Assembly (NCBI GenBank): GCA_024637275.1
Contig: JAGXFS010000063.1
Coordinates: forward strand, 1-57,557
Length of the DNA: 57,557 nt
Reading direction: 5' to 3'
From: Acidimicrobiia bacterium
GTDB lineage: Bacteria > Actinomycetota > Acidimicrobiia > Spongiisociales > JAENVV01
Shown: piece by piece, positions 53,273-57,557 of the stretch
How positions within the stretch are numbered: position 1 is the first letter of the stretch
Layout: the number at the start of each line of letters is the position of its first letter
Translations under genes and position numbers: made by a program
The notes under the pieces: generated by a model
The model's database searches: none
What the model saw: only the letters and a program-made list of their open reading frames with translations
Told to the model about the DNA's origin: nothing

Positions 53273-54001
53273 CTACGTCGTCGGGCCATCCCCGTCCTGG
53301 TAGAGGTCGATGGAAGCGGCTTCCCAGGCATGAATCAGTCCGGGCAAGTTCGTGCGAGCGACGAGCGGTCCCCGTTCTCCTGCCTTCAGCTTCAAGTCCC
53401 GTTGCCGTTTCAGCCAGATGATCCCGTCCCGGTCGCTGTCCGTCGCTCGTCGCGGTATCTCCTGGGCCACCAACAGGATCGGGTGGTGATTGCGAGCCGC
53501 GAGAACGTCCAGCGCATCGGCATGCGCGCCTATCAACTCGCTCGGCGTCGCCCCCGATAGCCCGTTGGTCAAGACATACGGAGGCAGCGGAGATATGTCG
53601 TTGTTGCGAGTCACCAGAACCTGACCACCGGGGAACACGCTCGTCACGTGAAGAATGGCATCCGTGACCGTCGCGTACGCAAGTGCATCCGGGGAGATCA
53701 GCAGAGACGAAACGACCGTCGCTCGACCAACGACAAATGTCTTCGCTCCAACCGACCTGAGCCCGTTAGCGAGAAACTCTTCCTGGAAAGGCTCAGCGTT
53801 CTTCATGACCAGACGGGCCGCGGCGATCTGGACTTTGTCCGGATCGAGGCTCATCAGCCGACGCGACCCTGCTATCGGTCGGCGAAGCAAGCCGATCAGG
53901 ACGATTGGTATCAGCACGATGGCCTGCCACACGCTGCCCGTCGCTTGCAAGATCAGCAGGCCCATTGCCAGCCCTACGACGGCCAGGTCGGCGAGAACCA
54001 T
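53273..54001 (-). CDS. hypothetical membrane-anchored protein
   Basis: 242-aa ORF with two N-terminal TM helices. No family recognised. Confidence 0.5.
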   Translation of the reverse strand: MVLADLAVVGLAMGLLILQATGSVWQAIVLIPIVLIGLLRRPIAGSRRLMSLDPDKVQIAAARLVMKNAEPFQEEFLANGLRSVGAKTFVVGRATVVSSLLISPDALAYATVTDAILHVTSVFPGGQVLVTRNNDISPLPPYVLTNGLSGATPSELIGAHADALDVLAARNHHPILLVAQEIPRRATDSDRDGIIWLKRQRDLKLKAGERGPLVARTNLPGLIHAWEAASIDLYQDGDGPTT

Positions 54002-54204
54002 CTACTAAGTGGGTGAATCCACGTCAAAGCGCTGAAGCAAAAACCGAGCGCAACTACTGATGCCGCTACATCCCCCCTGCCTGCGCGGACCGCCAGGCCG
54101 GCGACGAAGAGTCCTGCGAGGGCTATGACGAAGCCGAGGGTCCGAACGAGCCAGACCATTGGCCGGGTGAAAGTCGGGAGCGGCGGATATTTGGTGCGTG
54201 TCAT
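53974..54204 (-). CDS. possible small membrane protein
   Basis: Two hydrophobic helices. The start is taken at the internal ATG 54204. It overlaps the next gene by 28 nt, so the call is weak. Confidence 0.3.
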   Translation of the reverse strand: MTRTKYPPLPTFTRPMVWLVRTLGFVIALAGLFVAGLAVRAGRGDVAASVVALGFCFSALTWIHPLSRWFSPTWPS

Positions 54205-54298
54205 GGGTCGTCCATTATGCGACACGCGCGGAACGCTTGTCGGACGTGAGAGTGAGGCCGCCCCCACCACGCCTCATGGGGCCAGTAACATTGCACTC

Positions 54299-55822
54299 GT
54301 GCTTGCCAACGGGTTCCTTTTTACCGACCACTACCAACTGTCGATGGCCCAGCTCTATTTTCACATGGGCCTACACGAGCGACGGTCGCAGTTCGACTAC
54401 TTCTTCCGTTCCTATCCCAGCTACGGCACCCACCAGGCCGGGTACGCCATCGCCGCCGGACTCGAACCGCTGCTCGATTGGATGGCAGATGCGCGCTTCG
54501 GGACTGATGAGGCGGCGGCACTTGGCAAGTTCCAAACCTCGAAAGGGCAGCCTGAGTTTCGTCCTAACTTCATCGAGTGGCTAACTGATGCTGGGTCGTT
54601 CGGCTCCGTTTCGTTGTGGGCGGTTCCTGAAGGTCGCGTCATCCATCCCAACACTCCGCTGGCCGTGGTCGAAGCACCGCTCGCCATCGCCCAAATCCTT
54701 GAGACGCCGCTTCTCAACCACCTCAACTTCGCGTCGCTGATTGCCAGCAAAGCATCGCGGGTCGTCGAGGCGGCCAGCGGCGGGTCCGTACTCGAGTTCG
54801 GAATGCGGCGGGCGCCAGCATGGGGCGCTAACACGGCTTCGCGAGCATCGCTCATCGGTGGAGCTGAAGCGTCGTCGAACGTGGGGATGAGCATCGACCT
54901 CGGCTACGAGTCGCGCGGCACCCACGCCCATTCCATGGTTCAGGTATTTATGGCGATAGCCGGGGGCGAGCTAGAAGCATTCCGGGCCTATGCCGATCTC
55001 TACCCTGACGACACGACGCTCCTCGTCGATACGGTCGATACGTTGGAGTCTGGTGTTCCCAACGCCATTCGGGTATTCGAAGAACTTCGAGCGAAAGGCC
55101 ACGAACCAAAGGGCATTCGGCTCGACTCGGGCGACCTCGCCCACCTATCAGTACGTTCCGCCCAGATGCTTAATGGTGCCGGATTCGAAAACGTCAAGAT
55201 CGTCCTCTCCAGCCAGCTCGACGAACTAACCATCTGGCAGATTCGCAATCAGATCCTCGAGGAAGCGCCGCGATACGACGTCGACCCCGCCCGGGTGTTG
55301 CGGCGACTCGTCTACGGCGTTGGCTCGAAGATGGTCACCTCCGAGGGCGACTCGAGTTTCGATGGCGTCTACAAGACGGTTGCCGTTGAGGACGATGACG
55401 GGGATTGGCAACCAGCCATCAAGATCTCGGATTCACCGGCCAAGATCCAGAACCCGGGTCGCAAGGGGCTGTGGCGCATTTACGATCGCCGTGGGATTGC
55501 CACTGCCGACCTCGTATCACTCAACGGCGAGGAAATCGCCGCCCCCGTCACCCTTATCCACCCGACCCAACCCGGCGTAAGCCGGACCCTTACCGGGCCC
55601 GAGATCAGCCGGATCGAACCCTTGCTTGTCAAGGTCCTTGACGACGGGAAGCGGGTCGGCAACCTCGGAGGGATCGAAAAGGCTCGCGCAAGACGAATTG
55701 CGGATCTCCAGCAGCTCGACCCCGGGGTTCGCCGACTGGTCAACCCGCACACCTATCACGTGTCGATTACGCCCCAGCTATCCGAACTCAAGAACACGAT
55801 GATCCAATCGTTCCGAGCCTGA
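54299..55822 (+). CDS. pncB: nicotinate phosphoribosyltransferase
   Basis: LFTDHYQLSMAQLYF at the N-terminus, then EFGMRRA and GTHAHS. The start is uncertain: GTG 54299 is preferred, and the ORF is open to 54125. Confidence 0.85.
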   Translation: MLANGFLFTDHYQLSMAQLYFHMGLHERRSQFDYFFRSYPSYGTHQAGYAIAAGLEPLLDWMADARFGTDEAAALGKFQTSKGQPEFRPNFIEWLTDAGSFGSVSLWAVPEGRVIHPNTPLAVVEAPLAIAQILETPLLNHLNFASLIASKASRVVEAASGGSVLEFGMRRAPAWGANTASRASLIGGAEASSNVGMSIDLGYESRGTHAHSMVQVFMAIAGGELEAFRAYADLYPDDTTLLVDTVDTLESGVPNAIRVFEELRAKGHEPKGIRLDSGDLAHLSVRSAQMLNGAGFENVKIVLSSQLDELTIWQIRNQILEEAPRYDVDPARVLRRLVYGVGSKMVTSEGDSSFDGVYKTVAVEDDDGDWQPAIKISDSPAKIQNPGRKGLWRIYDRRGIATADLVSLNGEEIAAPVTLIHPTQPGVSRTLTGPEISRIEPLLVKVLDDGKRVGNLGGIEKARARRIADLQQLDPGVRRLVNPHTYHVSITPQLSELKNTMIQSFRA

Positions 55823-55856
55823 GCGCCCAGGACGAACGTATACGCGGCTGGGCGAG

Positions 55857-57557
55857 CTACTCCCCCAAGTCAACCGTTACGTCTTGAGAGCCGAAAGTAC
55901 CGCTGACCCGCAGGGTGACGGGACCGGTAGGCGATTCCCAGCGTTCAGTCGACGGATCCCACCACCGTAGCGTCTCCCGCGAGATGAGGACCTGGCCGCT
56001 GACCGCTTCATTGGCGGGGACCTTCAGCTTCTGAAATCCAACCAGCTTGCGTTCAATTCCGGCCACGTCGAGAAGAAAGATCTGCACGACCTCGGTTCCC
56101 GGTCGCTCGGCGGTGTTCTCGACTTGGACGGTTACAACCAGCTCACCGACCAAGGCCTCGACCGCCAAATTGGTCATCCGAAAGGATGCGTATGACAGTC
56201 CGTGACCGAACGGGAACAAAGGAGTGAGACCGAGCCGGTCGAATCCGCGATAGCCGACGTAGACGCCTTCGCCGTACCGGACGACCCCGGCTTCTCCTGG
56301 ATAGTTGAGCAATCCAGGATGCTGGCGAGAATCGCAAGGAAACGTGACCGGCAGGCGACCACCCGGATCGACCGCACCATAAAGCACGTCGGCCACTGCA
56401 TGCCCAATCTCTTGCCCTCCGTACCAGATGTGAAGAATCGCAGCGACGTCGTTGCGCCATGGCATTTCGACAGCCGACCCGGCCACCACGACTACGACAG
56501 TATTGGGCTGAACGGCAGCCACCGCCTGAACCAACTCGTTCTGTCGTCCTGGCAACAGCAAATCGGGCCGGTCGAAGCCCTCACTTTCCCATTCGGGAGT
56601 GAGTCCAACGACGACGACTGCGACGTCACAGTCCTCGGCAACCGCCACGGCGTCGGCGACAGGATCTGCCGGGCCCGGCACTTCACAGCCGATCCCCACC
56701 CAGCGCCACCGGTCACCTGGAGTCGTCGAATATTCGATCGTCAAGTCGACCACGTCTCCCGCCTGCAGGTCGAAATCCCAACCATGGGGTCCAACGCCCT
56801 CGAGCGCGCTCAAGGCATCAACGACGACTTCTTGGTTAGCAGTGACTCGCAGGCTCCCGCCTGCCGAAGCAGCGAAGGTATGAACTCCATCGAGCGTGGC
56901 CTCGAACTGCCCGCTCATGCGCACAGAGAACTGGTCGTGGTCAACCCAAGCATCTCCTCCACCAAAGAACGCAAGAAATGACTTGTTGGTCGTAACTGTC
57001 CGAACCGGCGGCTCCGCCCAGTCCGGGTTGTCGAAGTACTCGACGAGGAACCCGGGCGAACCGTCGGCGTGACTAACGCTGGTCGTTGGAAGCGGTGGCG
57101 GGTTCTTCCACGTCGGGGGTCCTGGCGACCAGGTGACCAAGGAGCTATCTCCAAGTGCTGAATTGATGCCTTCAAGGATGGACACAACTCGATGAGGATT
57201 CACCGACGAGCTTCCCCCTCCTTGATGGGGAGTTTCACCGGCCAGGTCACCGATCAGGGCGACCTTCATATTCCGGTTCAACGGTAGGACACCATCGTTC
57301 TTGAGGAGCACTGCGGACTCGGCTGCTACCCGCCGGACCAAGGCACGATCCTCTGGGCGTTCCAGCGCCTGTTCGGCTTCCGGGACCTTGGATCCGCGAC
57401 CACCGGTTCTCTCTATCAAAGTGAGCAGTCGCTCGACTTTTCGATCCACGTCGCTGGCTTGAATCGCATCCGACTCCAGCGCCGATTCGACTTCCTGAGC
57501 AGCCATCCATCGACCCGGCCCTGGCATTTCCAGGTCGAGGCCCGATGCGATAACGCC
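55857..57557 (-). CDS. GH3-family beta-glucosidase with a PA14 insertion; the N-terminus lies outside the window
   Basis: The frame stays open to the window edge (GVIASGLDLEMPGPG). It has a GH3 C-terminal alpha/beta sandwich, a PA14-like segment (GFLVEYFDNPDW...FSVRMSGQF) and a C-terminal Fn3-like domain (EVVQIFL...LVGFQKL). Confidence 0.85.
   Translation of the reverse strand, partial: GVIASGLDLEMPGPGRWMAAQEVESALESDAIQASDVDRKVERLLTLIERTGGRGSKVPEAEQALERPEDRALVRRVAAESAVLLKNDGVLPLNRNMKVALIGDLAGETPHQGGGSSSVNPHRVVSILEGINSALGDSSLVTWSPGPPTWKNPPPLPTTSVSHADGSPGFLVEYFDNPDWAEPPVRTVTTNKSFLAFFGGGDAWVDHDQFSVRMSGQFEATLDGVHTFAASAGGSLRVTANQEVVVDALSALEGVGPHGWDFDLQAGDVVDLTIEYSTTPGDRWRWVGIGCEVPGPADPVADAVAVAEDCDVAVVVVGLTPEWESEGFDRPDLLLPGRQNELVQAVAAVQPNTVVVVVAGSAVEMPWRNDVAAILHIWYGGQEIGHAVADVLYGAVDPGGRLPVTFPCDSRQHPGLLNYPGEAGVVRYGEGVYVGYRGFDRLGLTPLFPFGHGLSYASFRMTNLAVEALVGELVVTVQVENTAERPGTEVVQIFLLDVAGIERKLVGFQKLKVPANEAVSGQVLISRETLRWWDPSTERWESPTGPVTLRVSGTFGSQDVTVDLGE

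Noticed and set aside
1-57557. Searched for CRISPR arrays, tRNA or rRNA genes, transposases, integrases, prophage genes, and toxin-antitoxin or known defence-system genes.
   Set aside because: None were seen. The only DNA repeats are the coding SLH-like and 11-mer repeats and the short palindromic boxes. Intergenic gaps are too short or lack tRNA-like structure.

Overview
This is a visibly GC-rich, gene-dense chromosomal core region of actinobacterial type. The taxon call rests on two syntenies: rpsF-ssb-rpsR-rplI-dnaB and mtrA-mtrB-lpqB. I call about 60 protein-coding genes. Many are translationally coupled through ATGA, GTGA or TGATG overlaps. I saw no rRNA, tRNA, CRISPR array, transposase, integrase or recognisable defence system. 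Gene content is mainly housekeeping and metabolism:
- Core functions: glmS, argS, dnaB, ribosomal proteins, rlmH.
- Catabolism: kbl-tdh threonine catabolism, hppD with a divergent Lrp regulator, and a sarcosine-oxidase-like soxA/G/B/D cluster.
- Other metabolism: pncA/pncB NAD salvage, gabD, an aromatic amino-acid decarboxylase and an iodotyrosine-deiodinase-like flavoprotein.
- Regulators: two ECF-type sigma modules, mtrAB, and an orphan histidine kinase.
- Transporters: an ABC exporter pair, plus MFS and EamA transporters.
- Envelope proteins: two secreted proteins carrying Cys-containing SLH-like repeats, and a PspC/LiaF-like module.

The most interesting observation is a MerB-family (alkylmercury-lyase-like) gene at 13810-14460. 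Its reading frame is interrupted by a single in-frame TGA exactly at the position of the catalytic Cys159 of MerB. A hairpin with a GGUC loop follows 10-11 nt later, which is the geometry of a bacterial SECIS element. This makes it a candidate selenocysteine-containing MerB homologue.

Other features not explained by the ORF track:
- A clear glmS ribozyme upstream of glmS.
- Four copies of an 11-bp palindromic box, AACCCWGGGTT, in the sox/sigma divergent promoter.
- An ECF-type promoter directly in front of the sigma gene.
- A 270-aa protein built almost entirely of 11-residue repeats.
- Two Shine-Dalgarno-led mini-ORFs and a strong hairpin upstream of a PPOX-decarboxylase operon.
- An unlisted 57-codon membrane ORF in the PspC/LiaF-like operon.

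All product calls come from motif recognition by eye. No database search was possible, and start codons are often uncertain.
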